Shown in pieces: positions 23,034-35,109 of a stretch of 64,000 nucleotides of DNA; the stretch's first letter is position 1, and each line of letters opens with the position of its first letter. Below the pieces are notes generated by a model. It was not told where the DNA came from. It searched no databases and saw only the letters and a list, made by a program, of their open reading frames with translations. This DNA comes from Macrostomum lignano (taxonomy: Eukaryota), in contig NIVC01000135.1 in assembly GCA_002269645.1 (NCBI GenBank), forward strand, positions 248,001 through 312,000, written 5' to 3'. The position numbers and the translations under genes were made by a program.

Positions 23034-23225
23034 CCGCTCTGTTGGCAGTATCGGGCGCCCCAGCGTCGCACAGCAGGCAGTCCACGTATCGACGGGTTCG
23101 GGCCTGACCCCGCCTGAACGGGCCCTGCAAGGTGAGCAGCAGGACGTCCTGAACAGGTTGGGGGCAGTAGCCCTCGGCCCGGATCACGTGGCCCGCCAGT
23201 TGACGTTGGCTCGCGTTGCTACCAG
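23034..23225 (-). mobile_element. 3' fragment of an RTE-like LINE (related copies at 24833-25085, 30232-30487, 32878-32970)
   Basis: Encodes RQLAGHVIRAEGYCPQPVQDVLLLTLQGPFRRGQARTRRYVDCLL, shared with the other copies. Two of the copies end in a (TTG)n-like tail. Confidence 0.65.
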
Positions 23226-23972
23226 AGGTGGTGCGACACTCTCTGGAGAGTATACAGTGGTTACAGTATAAGTAAGAGTAAAATATAGTATCCAAACTGT
23301 AGCAAGCTTCCCAGAAGAGCAAGAATAACTCAAAACAGGCGGCTTACTGCAGTGGACGAGTAACGGACGCTTCTTACATGTATGTTAAAACTCAAGTAAA
23401 AATCGCTCGCAGAACTCAATTCGGTGATTATTGGCTAATATGTCCTGACTATATAATAGTCGACGTCTAGAGTCTGTCCTCTGACCCGCTCTCGGGGTTT
23501 TCTTCTCTGCTGCATACTTACTCAAACCTGAATCTAAGAATCGCTATGACCGATGTGAGGCGTGCGAGCTTCACGAAAATGGCGGAAGCAGGAGGCACAG
23601 CGCGATAGAAAAAGGGGGCATGATAATAAAAAGCAAATTCAGGCCTGAAGGGGGTTCCACTGGCTTATAGCTGACCACCGGCTAAACAGAAACCACGCAC
23701 TGGCCAGCCAATCAAAACCCCGCCTGGGGGGGGGGGAAGAGTGAAAGCCCGCACCAAAGCCAGCCCGGCCGCAGCCAACCAACGCAGAGCAGGGGCAGCA
23801 CGCACGGCTGGGGAGCTAGCCAGACCTTGTCCCGAAGTGCATCGCGTCCTTGCCAAAAAGACAAGGGCACCTGCACTACACTAACAAAGTACCAAGATAC
23901 GAGCAAAACAACAACAAAATACGATGTCAGACAGTCAAGCGAGTCATGAGAAGCAAAGAAAGCGTCACAGGT

Positions 23973-24831
23973 AGGGATTCCAAAATCCCGACATTTTACA
24001 ATCCCGGGATTGAATAGTCCCGAAATCCCGATGCTGTTGAAATCCCGGGATTCAAATCCCGGATTTTTGGCCCCAATCCCGGGATCCCGGGATCCCGGGA
24101 TTGGAATCCTAAGACGGACTGTGCGGCGTGCCGCGTGCAGTAGTCATGGTCTCGCGACTCTCAGAGTCTCAGGGCCTTTTCATATTACCAATTCCAGAAC
24201 CAGAATCGGTTCGGAATTCCAAGAAAAAACAGCAGTATAACTATTAAACTCTGTTAATATTTGACTGCCTTAACGGCCTCACTTTGCACGATTTTTCACT
24301 TTCTTTTTGGCGACTGTCATTCAATGATAAAAACTTTATAGCACGTATCTCCCTCTAGTTATGGAGACAAAAAGTTATACTTCACAAATTGGTTCTGGTT
24401 CTGGAGCCAGAGCAAGCAATATGAGAAGGCCCTCAGTCTCGTCTCGTGGTAGAAAACGAAAAAAGGTTAAAATTATCTATCATTTACAGTTCACATTAAC
24501 AATTTTTGGCTCAATTAGGACAGGAGCTTTGCAAATGTTTAACGTTTCATTGAGAAACAGCAAAAACAAATAAATGTTTTATTATTCAAAAAAACGTTTA
24601 GATTATAAATTATCTAATTTAGGCATTGAAAGGTTGTTCTAATCCCGGACCAATCCCGGGATTAAGGCCTTGAAATCCCGGGATCCCGATCCCGGACTTT
24701 TGCAATCCCGGGATTAGAAATCCCGGGATTCGATTCCCAAAAAAATCCCGGGATTCAAATCCCGGATTTTTGGCCCCAATCCCGGGATCCCGGGATCCCG
24801 GGATCCCGGGATCCCGGGATTGGAATCCCTA
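23973..24831. mobile_element. Nested or adjacent MITEs built on ATCCCGGGAT palindromes, plus an inner element with AGGGCCTTYTCATATT inverted repeats
   Basis: TAGGGATTCC at 23973 versus GGAATCCTAA (about 24110) and GGAATCCCTA (about 24830). Inner inverted repeat at about 24172 and about 24420. Confidence 0.6.
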
Positions 24832-24832
24832 G

Positions 24833-25085
24833 TCACAGGGCGCGTTTTTGGGCCTGGGCACGAACGTAGGTCGCACCGCAGCCAGCCAGAATCAGCCAGC
24901 AAGCAGTCAACGAAACGCTGAGTGCGCGCCTGTTCTTGACAGTAGGGTGCTTGCAGCGTCAGCAGCAGCACCTCCTGCTCCGGCTGTAAGGAGTATGACT
25001 CGGCGCAGATGATGTGGCCTGCCACTGGAGTCGCAACAGCTAGTTTGCTGGGACGAGCCATGTCAGTGCGGCGATAAAGTGCCCA
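24833..25085 (-). mobile_element. RTE-like LINE 3' fragment
   Basis: Encodes AGHIICAESYSLQPEQEVLLLTLQAPYCQEQARTQRFVDCLLAD. Confidence 0.65.
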
Positions 25086-25826
25086 ATTGGTGACGTGCTC
25101 GAAGCCGATCTTGAAGGCGGCGCGCATCGACCTGCTATTCGCGCGAATCCGTCAGCATCCAGGTCTCGTCTTTGTGCAACAGGGATGGTCTCGATCTCCG
25201 CCTGAAACAGCGCCGTTTTTTGGCAGTCAAGCAGGACCTCGGACTGCAGGACAGCCCTCACGGAACGAACACCAGTACGAGTACCACGGTGATAGAATAC
25301 ATACGTGTCAAGAGTGCAGAAGTGCAGCCTCTAAAACAGCACAGAGAAGGTGGACTCCGAATCTCACGATAGAAAAAATTATAAGATTAGTAAGTATTTT
25401 TATGTATACGTATTTATAAAAATTTTTCTCTTTGATCAGCAAGTTCAGCGAAGCAAGTAAGATGCAGCTCGGATTGCGAAATGCGTAGAAAACCTAAATT
25501 CGTTAGTTACCTGAATATGTTTTCTAATCGGAGACTCAATGACACAATGCTGTCCTTACAGCGACATAAACTTTACCAAAGTATGCTGATCATTTGGTAA
25601 GTTGAAGAAAATTTCAATTGGATCCAACCACGTAAGCCCTTTGTAGCTGATTCAGCCAATTATAATACAGTCACGCAAACAAGCAGCTGCTGTGCACATT
25701 TTCATCCAATAAAACGGCAAGGAGACCTCGAATTCAGATGCTTTGACAGCCGGTCGAAGTTGGAATAGCAGACAAAATTATAACGATTTTTTTTTATTTT
25801 GCCTTACAGTATAGCTGAAGTCCAGA

Positions 25827-27670
25827 ATGAAACTTCTGATTCTGACGTTCCTGAGTCTGGTGGCTCTGTCCTCCGCCTCCGACTGCCAGCAGCCGTCGCT
25901 CAAGCTCACGAGGTTCCCCGGCTGCCCAGCCGACCCCGGCTCCGGGTGGCGGTCTCTGCAGCCGGTCACCAAGCAGCAGTGCGCGATGCTCTGCGCCAAG
26001 CAGTCCTGGTGCGCAGCTTTGACCCTGGATGCTGCCAGCACCGCTGATGGCATCGGGCAGCTCGGTGAGTGCCGACTGTTCACTGCGGAGACCGCGCTGC
26101 TCGGCTGGAATTCGTCCTGTGGCGGACAGTCCGGTCTGGCGTCCAGCGACAGGCTGAGCAGCTTCCGGACTGGTGAGACCGGAGTTCTGTTTTCAATTTT
26201 TGCAGGACTCGTATTGATCAAACTCACTTTGGCCTTTGCAGAGTACCTTGCGGCTCGAAACGTGACTCACAAGCGGGTCCACATTCCTAACAACTCGGTG
26301 AAGATCTTCGCCACATTCCTTCAGCACCAGCCGGCTTTCTCATCGCTCATTGGCTGCGTTGCCAAGTGCAGCGAGTTGCCGGCCTGTCGCGGGATTGTGT
26401 TCAACTCCAGCAACTGCTCTCTGCTCACCGACTACCCGCTGTGCCGCTGGTTCGAGCAGCCTCCGAGCAGCTCTAAGCTGGCCGTCTATGTGAGTGTTGG
26501 GAAAGCAGTGCTGGATCGGTGACATCATTTAGGCACTTTTATGGATAGCCGATCTAACAAACCGTTTGAATTTCCAACTCAGGAGTTCCACACTGTGGGC
26601 ACTCAGCAGTGCTTCGAGACCGTCAACCTGCGAGTGTCGGACGGGCTGAGCTTCGACCGGCTCTGGGCCGAGTACAAGACCGGCTTCGGCACTTATCACG
26701 GCAACTACTTTGTTGGTGAGTTACAAGGGGCTCCTTTTACTGTAGATTCTGGTCGCATACGCACTGTGTTGTTCATAAAAATATTACATAGTTCGTACCT
26801 AATCGATCTCAATGGTAAACATTTGAATAAGGCCGAAATTAATGTAGACATGTATGGTGTGTGTCTTGAATCTAAACAATAATTTTTGTTCGAAAGTATA
26901 CTTTTAACACCGAATTTTATGAAAAAATAAGATACCGTTTAGATTTTTTCCCATCAAAGTTAACATTAAAAACTCCAATTAGCAGATAGAGAAGATACAA
27001 GCGGTGACAATGAAATATTTTCTTTTGTCAAAAACCAAATGCCTTGCGCAGCTCAAGTAGCCGCGTGTAAAATCTTCCGGCAGTTTAGATGAGATAAATG
27101 CACGGAGACACTGTATATATACATAGAAACGAGACGAATTACATTTGAAGTGCCTCAATCAAACAAGCGATGCTTATGAATTCTGGTAAGAAAGCAAGCC
27201 ATGTAAAATTTTCTCACAAACAGGCCTGGAGTGGCTGCACGCCCGGACCAGCGCTCAGCCCAGCAACAACCGGTTCCGCGTCGACCTGCTGTACTGGAAC
27301 GACACCTTCATCTACGCCTACTACCTGAACGTGCTCATTCTGGCCGAGAGCACCAACTACACGCTGTCTGAATTCACGTTTGAGCCTGCTGGAGGACTTC
27401 ACCAGAACTTCACCAAAGTTTCAGACTGGAGATCGTGGCTTGAGTACCTGCGTCTATGGACTGAACTGTGCCCAAATGTTCCAGCCCCAGTGGCACACAT
27501 GCTGCCATGCCTCAGGTCCGTTCGGCAAGTACTTCAACTACCCGACAGCGCTGAATGTGCCAGCTGCAGACCGAGCCAAGGGCATCGTTTGGGCTTCAAA
27601 TGCTCCAACAAACATCACTGACGGATTCTTCTACAGCTTCAAGCAGCTGGAGATTCTCATGCTGACCTGA
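25827..27670 (+). CDS. Secreted protein: signal peptide + two PAN/apple-like domains + fibrinogen C-terminal domain; exons 25827-26172, 26242-26489, 26583-26715, 27224-27670; one frameshift near 27380
   Basis: Signal peptide MKLLILTFLSLVALSSA; CxxxC..C..C motifs (CAMLCAKQSWC, CVAKCSELPAC); FReD motifs FDRLWAEYKTGFG, GLEWLH, KFQTGDR, W..CCHASGPFGKY, GIVW. Introns are GT-AG and phase-compatible. Confidence 0.8.
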
Positions 27671-28123
27671 GTTTTGTATTGGGTTCAATTGCTGATCGTA
27701 GGGTTCTCTGACTTCAAATCTTATTGAACGAGAGTGAACTCAAAGAACCAGTATGGAAGGTGGTGCACAAATAGGTTTCAATGGCAATTTTTGCAGTGTC
27801 AGCAGCGGTCCTGGCTTTTTACTCGTAAATTGAGCTGCTCATCGATTCCTTGCAATGTAAATAATTTTCCAGACTTTTCAGTCGCAAACAAGTTTTTTGG
27901 TTTACCTGAATCAAAAAGGATATCTGATAGCTTTCTGCTGTTTGTCCCCACGCTGCAACTGTACCAAGCTTTTCTTTAACTCGTCATGTTTTAAGTCGTA
28001 CTTTTAAGTCGTCAGTTTGCACTCAAACAATGATTCATGCACTGCAAATTTGCGGCAGAATGACGCTAAAAACATGATAAAAGCGATCGATCTTTTGTTC
28101 TTTAAAAGAGTTTTCCTTCTAGA

Positions 28124-29400
28124 ACCTGAAGCATGGAACCTCATTTGGGTTGCGGACGCTCACCCTGAAGCATGGAAACTCTTTTGGATTGCGGACGCTC
28201 ACCCTGAAGCATGGAAACTCATTTGGATTGCGGACGCTCACCCTGAAGCATGGAAATTCTTTTGGATTGCGGACGCTCACCCTGAAGCATGGAAATTCTT
28301 TTGGGTTGCGGACGCTCACCCTGAAGCATGGAAACTCTTTTGGATTGCGGACGCTCACCCTGAAGCATGGAAACTCATTTGGATTGCGGACGCTCACCCT
28401 GAAGCATGGAAACTCATTTGGATTGCGGACGCTCACCCTGAAGCATGGAAACTCTTTTGGATTGCGGACGCTCACCCTGAAGCATGGAAACTCATTTGGA
28501 TTGCGGACGCTCACCCTGAAGCATGGAAACTCATTTGGATTGCGGACGCTCACCCTGAAGCATGGAAACTCATTTGGATTGCGGACGCTCACCCTGAAGC
28601 ATGGAAACTCATTTGGGTTGCGGACGCTCACCCTGAAGCATGGAAATTCTTTTGGATTGCGGACGCTCACCCTGAAGCATGGAAACTCATTTGGATTGCG
28701 GACGCTCACCCTGAAGCATGGAAATTCTTTTGGATTGCGGACGCTCACCCTGAAGCATGGAAACTCTTTTGGATTGCGGACGCTCACCCTGAAGCATGGA
28801 AACTCATTTGGATTGCGGACGCTCACCCTGAAGCATGGAACCTCATTTGGGTTGCGGACGCTCACCCTGAAGCATGGAAACTCTTTTGGATTGCGGACGC
28901 TCACCCTGAAGCATGGAAACTCATTTGGATTGCGGACGCTCACCCTGAAGCATGGAAACTCATTTGGATTGCGGACGCTCACCCTGAAGCATGGAAATTC
29001 TTTTGGATTGCGGACGCTCACCCTGAAGCATGGAAATTCTTTTGGATTGCGGACGCTCACCCTGAAGCATGGAAATTCTTTTGGATTGCGGACGCTCACC
29101 CTGAAGCATGGAAACTCATTTGGATTGCGGACGCTCACCCTGAAGCATGGAAACTCATTTGGATTGCGGACGCTCACCCTGAAGCATGGAAATTCTTTTG
29201 GATTGCGGACGCTCACCCTGAAGCATGGAAATTCTTTTGGATTGCGGACGCTCACCCTGAAGCATGGAAACTCATTTGGATTGCGGACGCTCACCCTGAA
29301 GCATGGAAACTCATTTGGATTGCGGACGCTCACCCTGAAGTACGAGGTATGGAGACTCATTTGGGTTTCGGAAACTCACCCTGAATCACGGACACTCATT
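28124..29400. repeat. 39-bp minisatellite, about 32 copies (CCTGAAGCATGGAAACTCATTTGGATTGCGGACGCTCAC)
   Basis: Head-to-tail units with no spacers; variation is confined to a few positions. Confidence 0.97.
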
Positions 29401-30231
29401 TGGATTGAGGACACTCACCGTGAAGCATGGAGACTCGATCATTTCGGTTGAGGACACTCGACTTCATCGCATATTCCTCTCTGTCCAAACCCACCTGTGG
29501 CCTTTTTTACCAGTGATTCTGGTGTAGAAAGATGGTATAGCTCGATGAACGCTTCACAGATTAGATGTTCAACTGAGGTACACGTACAAAGGGGGATTAT
29601 ATCGGAGAGGTTGCTCCACCTTTAACTGCTGCGTGATCACGCACAAAACAGAACTGTAGAAATTGTTGAAAAAGTAATGTAAATTGTATCTATGCTAATT
29701 ATAGTAACTCTCGTTAGATTCCCCAAATCTTAAACTTTCTAGAACGATACTGTATAAGTAACTTTTGATAATTTATAAGTATGCGCGCACGGTTCTACTT
29801 GTAAGTAGTGTAGCTAACCTCTTTTCGGTAGAGGGGCGCGGGTGTAAAGTCGTCTTCTGCTGTTATTACAGGCTTCTAATTCGCGTTAGGATTGCGTTAG
29901 AAATAATATTCAAAGCTATTTTTATTAATTTGGTCTTATATTTTTCTAATTTTTTATTGTATTTTTTTCTATTACGTTACAACTTTGGTTATCTATTTTC
30001 ATAAATATGTCTGATTCAAATTTGGTTTCTTGTTTAGTTCTTTTGCCGTCTGCCCGCGCGCGCTGAGTGTTAGCTTCTCTCGTAGCCGTCGTAGGCTTGG
30101 CGTCAACCTTAGTACGAGCTACTAGTCTCAGATTGTGTCTCTGGGCTTGCGCAACTATTAGAATTGCTATACTTCGACTGTCTATAACACATTATTAAGA
30201 TTAGTAAAAATATTGTCATTAGCTTTGGATT

Positions 30232-30487
30232 AACAACAGCAACAACAACAGAATACGCGTTCAGCGTCACAGGGCGCGCCTCAAGGCCAGGTCGCGAATG
30301 AACGCCACGCCGCCGGCCGAATCCGGGGCGCCGGCGTCAGCCAGCAGGCAGTCGACGAAACGCCGAGTGCGCGCCTGTCCCCGCCGGTAGACGACTCGGC
30401 GCGGATGATGTGGCCTGCCAGCTGGAGTTGCCGACGGCGCAACAGATCGCTTCGATGGACCAGGCCGGCGCGGCGATACAAAGCCGA
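30232..30487 (-). mobile_element. RTE-like LINE 3' fragment with (TTG)n tail
   Basis: Encodes RRRQLQLAGHIIRAES; the tail reads CAACAACAACAGAATA on the plus strand. Confidence 0.7.
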
Positions 30488-30619
30488 GAATGCAGTGGAA
30501 GATAGGCGTTGTGGAGTCTGTCGTAGTTGGTCGTGGTGGTGCTGTTCGGTCGGCCGTGGTCCGAGTGTCGAAGGATAGGGGCTCTCGAGGAGCCGAGCGC
30601 TTCAGACGGCGAGTTCAGG

Positions 30620-32470
30620 CTCTAATCCCTCTGGAATTCACTGCCTCTTCTATTTGAGCTCGATTTCTTTGCTCCTCTTGGTTTCCACTTTCAAACGAGT
30701 ATATTTATTTCCTAGGCAAACCCGATATTTGTATTCAGTGCCCAGGATTACTCATTTTGTTATGTCAGCCTGCAGGCTTATATATTGCAGATACTACTTA
30801 CAAGTAGCAGATAGATATATATATACGAGTTGCAGGCTTATATATATTTCCGGATTTGCCGCCCGATAAGTGTGTGACGAAATGAATACGATATTTACTT
30901 CGTAAAAAACTATTGCCGTGTTGATGCGCGTGCTGAGCGTCAAATCCGTTAGACCTGGACGCTGACGGAGTTGCTCGAGCAACAAGTTGACGCGGCGTAT
31001 GCTGGCCTGCTGCGCGCCGACTTCAAGCTCTCCGTGGATCAGAACGACGTCTCTGACCTTTGCAACTGTTCTCCCTCTGCAAATAAAGCGCCTTTTCATG
31101 CATCCTAAGACGTCCAACACTCTTCTCAGATGCTTCAGACGAACCGGCAATGGAAGAAAGTTTTCACCATTTTCGAATATTCGGATCTAAGCGGCTCCTG
31201 CGTCAATCAGAAAGTTCTAATCAGAAAGTGAGTCGGTGTCAACACGTCGTTGATCTCATCCGCCGACACGTAGACCAGCGGTCTGCTGTTTACAATGGAC
31301 TCGATTTCGATAACCGAAGTGGATAGTTCATCGAATGTTAGTAAAGCTTTGCCAATGCTCTTTCACAGGCCGTATTTACCATACCGACGAGCCTTTCCCA
31401 GAATCCTCCCCATCAGGGAGCTTTTTCAAGAATGAACGCCCACGAGATTCTCTTGTTGGCACAGAACGATTGAAGTTCGTGACTGGTACTTGCTACTAGA
31501 ATCCTTACAGAATTGAATGCCTTTGCGTTATCGCTGATTATGGAAGGTATTCCTCTCCGACTGACAAATCGTCGTAAGCCGTTCAAGAACTGAGCTGTAG
31601 TCATATCTGAAAGTAGTTCTAGATAAATGGCGCGAGTGGAGGAGCACTTAAACAGTAGTATATACGCTTTTTTCAGTTTCACTACCATCCTCCCCGTCCG
31701 ATAGAATATCGGGCCATCTTAATCTATACCGACGGACTAAAAAGGTCGAATATCGGCAAGCAAAAGTCCGGTAACTGAGAAATCTGAGGCACTGAGTAGG
31801 AGCGTCCTTGAATATTTTTACACACGACGCACTTCGACAATTCTTTCTTTGTTCGCTGGCGGCCCTTTACGATCCAGTATTTTTCACGGACCTTACATAG
31901 TGTTGACGTGACTCCTCCGTGAGCAACTGCCTGATTAGCGTTTCAAATTATGAGCTGCTCTAACGGACTGTGCCGAGGAACTAAGATCGGATTGTTTACA
32001 CCGAAGGACATAACCGAAATCCAACCGCGCGAACACAACAGGCCAAGCTAAGTCGTCCAGCCAAAGATTCAAATCTCTATTTAGTGGTGTGGCCGCCAAA
32101 CCATTCTGATGGTGACTAATTTCTTTTGATAATACTTGTCGCTGAGCTGACTGCAGCATTGAGCTCGTGTGCTGTCAGTGCTACTGATCTGTCTAGTTGT
32201 CTGACCGACTCGACGACTTTGAAGGTTGCTGATATCCTTATCCAAGCTAGGACGCGTACTAAACGGAAATAGTTCCAGGATGACAGTTAAAGAAACTTTC
32301 TGCTGCGTCTTCCTGACGTTCACAGATTCCCAATGTTTCAAGCCGCCATAAGGAGAGGTCGTCTACTGGATCACTGCAGCACAGAGTCTGGGCAGCGCTA
32401 CAATCAGCTTGATCGGCGGAGATGGTCTGTTGATCTTTCGCTGACTCCTCGACAGCCAACAGACCACACA
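30620..32470 (-). mobile_element. Degraded BEL/Pao LTR retrotransposon pol 3' part (integrase + DUF5641-like region)
   Basis: KAYILLFKCSSTRAIYLEL..RRFVSRRGIPSIISDNAKAF..ILEKAP, then [25 protein letters not shown] and VRDVVLIH; frameshifted. Confidence 0.85.
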
Positions 32471-32994
32471 AAAGAAACTATAGCGTCGAAGAAATGGCGA
32501 CCGGCCTGGCATTCCCGCGATCACACTGTCGCCTACAATTTCAAAATATTGATTTGAGCCAACAAGGATTGAGACTAGACTGTTGGTCTTGTGGAATGCC
32601 GGGTCAATAATTCCCTTGCAGGTGCCTGTTTGATTCCCTTGCAGATATCCGTTTAATTCCCCGGCATGTGCCTGTTTGATTCCCTTGCACATATCTGTTT
32701 AATTCCCCCGCAGGTGCCTGTTCGAGACATTTTGTCCATCATACTAATTTATCCAAATTGTTCATCACAAATTTTGAAGACAATCTGTTGATACAGTGCA
32801 ACCTTTACTCATCAGTTGAGATTGTACTTCAAGCATGCATAGATGAGTAGTGCGACAGACATTCTCACGCCAGAGACAAAAACAACAACAGAATAAGCGT
32901 TCAGTGTCGCAGAGCGCGCCTCAGGGCCAAGTCGCGAATGAACGCCACGCCGGCGCGATGATACAAAGCCGCGTTGATCACTCGCTCGTAGCTG

Positions 32995-33612
32995 ATACTC
33001 ATACTTGATGTCCTCGGACTCCAGCTGCTACTCATGCTTGATGTCCTCGGCCTCCAGCTGATACTCATTCTTGATGTCCTCGGCCTCCAGCTGATACTCA
33101 TGCTTGATGTCCTCAGCCTCCAGCTGCTACTCATGCTTGATGTCCTCGGCCTCCAGCTGATACTCATGCTTGATGTCCTCAGCCTCCAGCTGCTACTCAT
33201 GCTTGTTGTCCTCGGCCTCCAGCCGATACTCATGCTTGATGTCCTCGGCCTCCAGCTGCTACTCATGCTTGATGTCCTCAGCCTCCAGCTGCTACTCATG
33301 CTTGATGTCCTCGGCCTCCAGCTGATACTCATGCTTGTTGTCCTCGGCCTCCAGCTGCTACTCATGCTTGATGTCCTCGGCCTCCAGCCGATACTCATGC
33401 TTGATGTCCTCGGCCTCCAGCTGCTACTCATGCTTGATGTCCTCGGCCTCCAGCTGCTACTCATGCTTGATGTCCTTAGCCTCCAGCTGCTACTCATGCT
33501 TGATGTCCTCAGCCTCCAGTTGCTACTCATGCTTGATGTCCTCATCCTCCAGCTGCTACTCATGCTTGATGTCCTCGGCCTCCAGCTAATACTCATGCTT
33601 GATGTCCTCGGC
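32995..33612. repeat. 33-bp minisatellite, about 19 copies (ATGCTTGATGTCCTCGGCCTCCAGCTGCTACTC)
   Basis: Periodic units; source of the MLDVLGLQLLL and RPRTSSMSSSW pseudo-ORFs. Confidence 0.95.
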
Positions 33613-34277
33613 TTCTGGGCCTCTGCTATTGACCAGAAACCAGCCACGCTAGCAGGCAGTTTTGTCAAATTCGCCATGGCCTACCGTGCGGCACAGCAGG
33701 TTTAAAAATATTTTATAAAACAAAAGGGACTCGTAAGGCCTGTGTTTCCTCCGTGCAACTTGGGCGTCCACAAGTGACCCTTCGACTTCAAGTATTGTAT
33801 GCACCCGCCTCAGAAATTTTGTTCCGCATTTATCCCAAAAAAATACATATTGGAAGCGGCTTCAGTCTGTCTTATTCGTTACGACCGCCAGCTGCTGCGT
33901 TTTGACTCGGGGGAATTGAGCGCTGCAGTAAAATTAAAAATTCATTTTCTGACGCAAACACACCTGCGCAGCCGAAAATAGATCTCGGTGACGGCTCATG
34001 CGGCTGTGAGCAGCTGCTGAAGTCTCGATATATGACAGTCACAGAAAGCAAATCGAGGCTCACATTGATCACACAGCTCACCGATTCTGAATAATCGCAC
34101 AGAGTTATCGCTTGGAGCTGATGGATTTCAATCCCACTCATGCCGCTCTGACAGAGCTCTGTTTACCGAGAGTCTCCATGGCAACGCATCAATAAGGCTG
34201 CTGTTATTTAGCCTCTCTCTCGCACACAGATTCGGCAATCTTCTGCTTAATGCCGCACTGACAAACCCAGCCTGTCC

Positions 34278-35109
34278 ATGCCTCTCTGCAGGATCCTCTG
34301 CGCTGCTCCGATCCTGAGCTGCCTTATCTGCGCCGCTGTCTGCCGCCAGTTTCGGACCACAGACGTCGGCTGCTTCTTTGAATACACGAATGGCACGAGA
34401 GACGTCCGTGACATGAAGAACGTTGGCCTCACCCGGATCGGTAGCTCCGAGATATCTCCGATATACGAATCCGGTAACGCTTTAGTCGGCAGCAGCCAGA
34501 TGACTCACGAGCTGTGCAGCAGCGTCTGAGCTCTGGGCGGCTTCCGATTCGCGGCACTGCAGGCGGCATTCTGGTGCTACTGCGGCAACTCCTACGGATC
34601 GCTGGGCGCTGCTCCTTACTGGGAGTGCGGCCATGTCTGCGGCGGAAACTGGGGGCAAAACTGCGGAGGCGACTTCCGAAACCGGGTGCTTCAGCTGAGC
34701 TACGCCAACGGTGAGTTGCTGCTGAAGGTGGCCACTTGCTCAATATTTCTTGTTCATAACGTTGCTAGATTACATTTTGGCGACAGTCACAGTTTGATGC
34801 AGTATCTTAAACGCATTTTAGTCGCGAAATGTTAAACTTCAAATTATTTCATTGCGAATCGAAGGTAACGACTTCTTTGTTCGCGGCAACCGGACCTTCG
34901 TCGAACTCAACATCCCTGATGCGCCAAACTTTACGACTGTGAGCGCTCCGAGTCGGATCCAGTGCGTGTCTCTGTGCTCCAGTAAAAGTTCCGGTTGCCA
35001 GGCGGTGATCTTCAGCCAGCAGCAGCGCCTGTGCCACCTGCTGGAGTTCGCTGCGGTCCCGGCCGCCTTCGGCAGCGAAAGCAGCGGCGACTTCTTTGTC
35101 CGTGGCTGA
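34278..35109 (+). CDS. Secreted WSC-domain + PAN/apple-domain protein with in-frame TGA at codon 84; exons 34278-34710, 34865-35109
   Basis: VGCFFE..MTHELCSSV[TGA]ALGGFRFAALQAAFWCYCGNSYG..ECGHVCGGNWGQNCGGDFRNRV is the WSC cysteine pattern. GTGAGT..AAG intron. Exon 2 has CVSLCSSKSSGCQAVIF..LCHL (PAN). Confidence 0.8.

Noticed and set aside
28017-29451. CRISPR array or 400+ aa repeat proteins (ORFs 28017-29384, 28119-29360, 28150-29451)
   Set aside because: The 39-bp units are head-to-tail with no unique spacers, there are no cas genes and the context is eukaryotic. The ORFs are open only because the unit lacks stops.
32901-33705. Repeat proteins RPRTSSMSSSW / MLDVLGLQLLL
   Set aside because: They come from a 33-bp minisatellite with no convincing non-repetitive domain.
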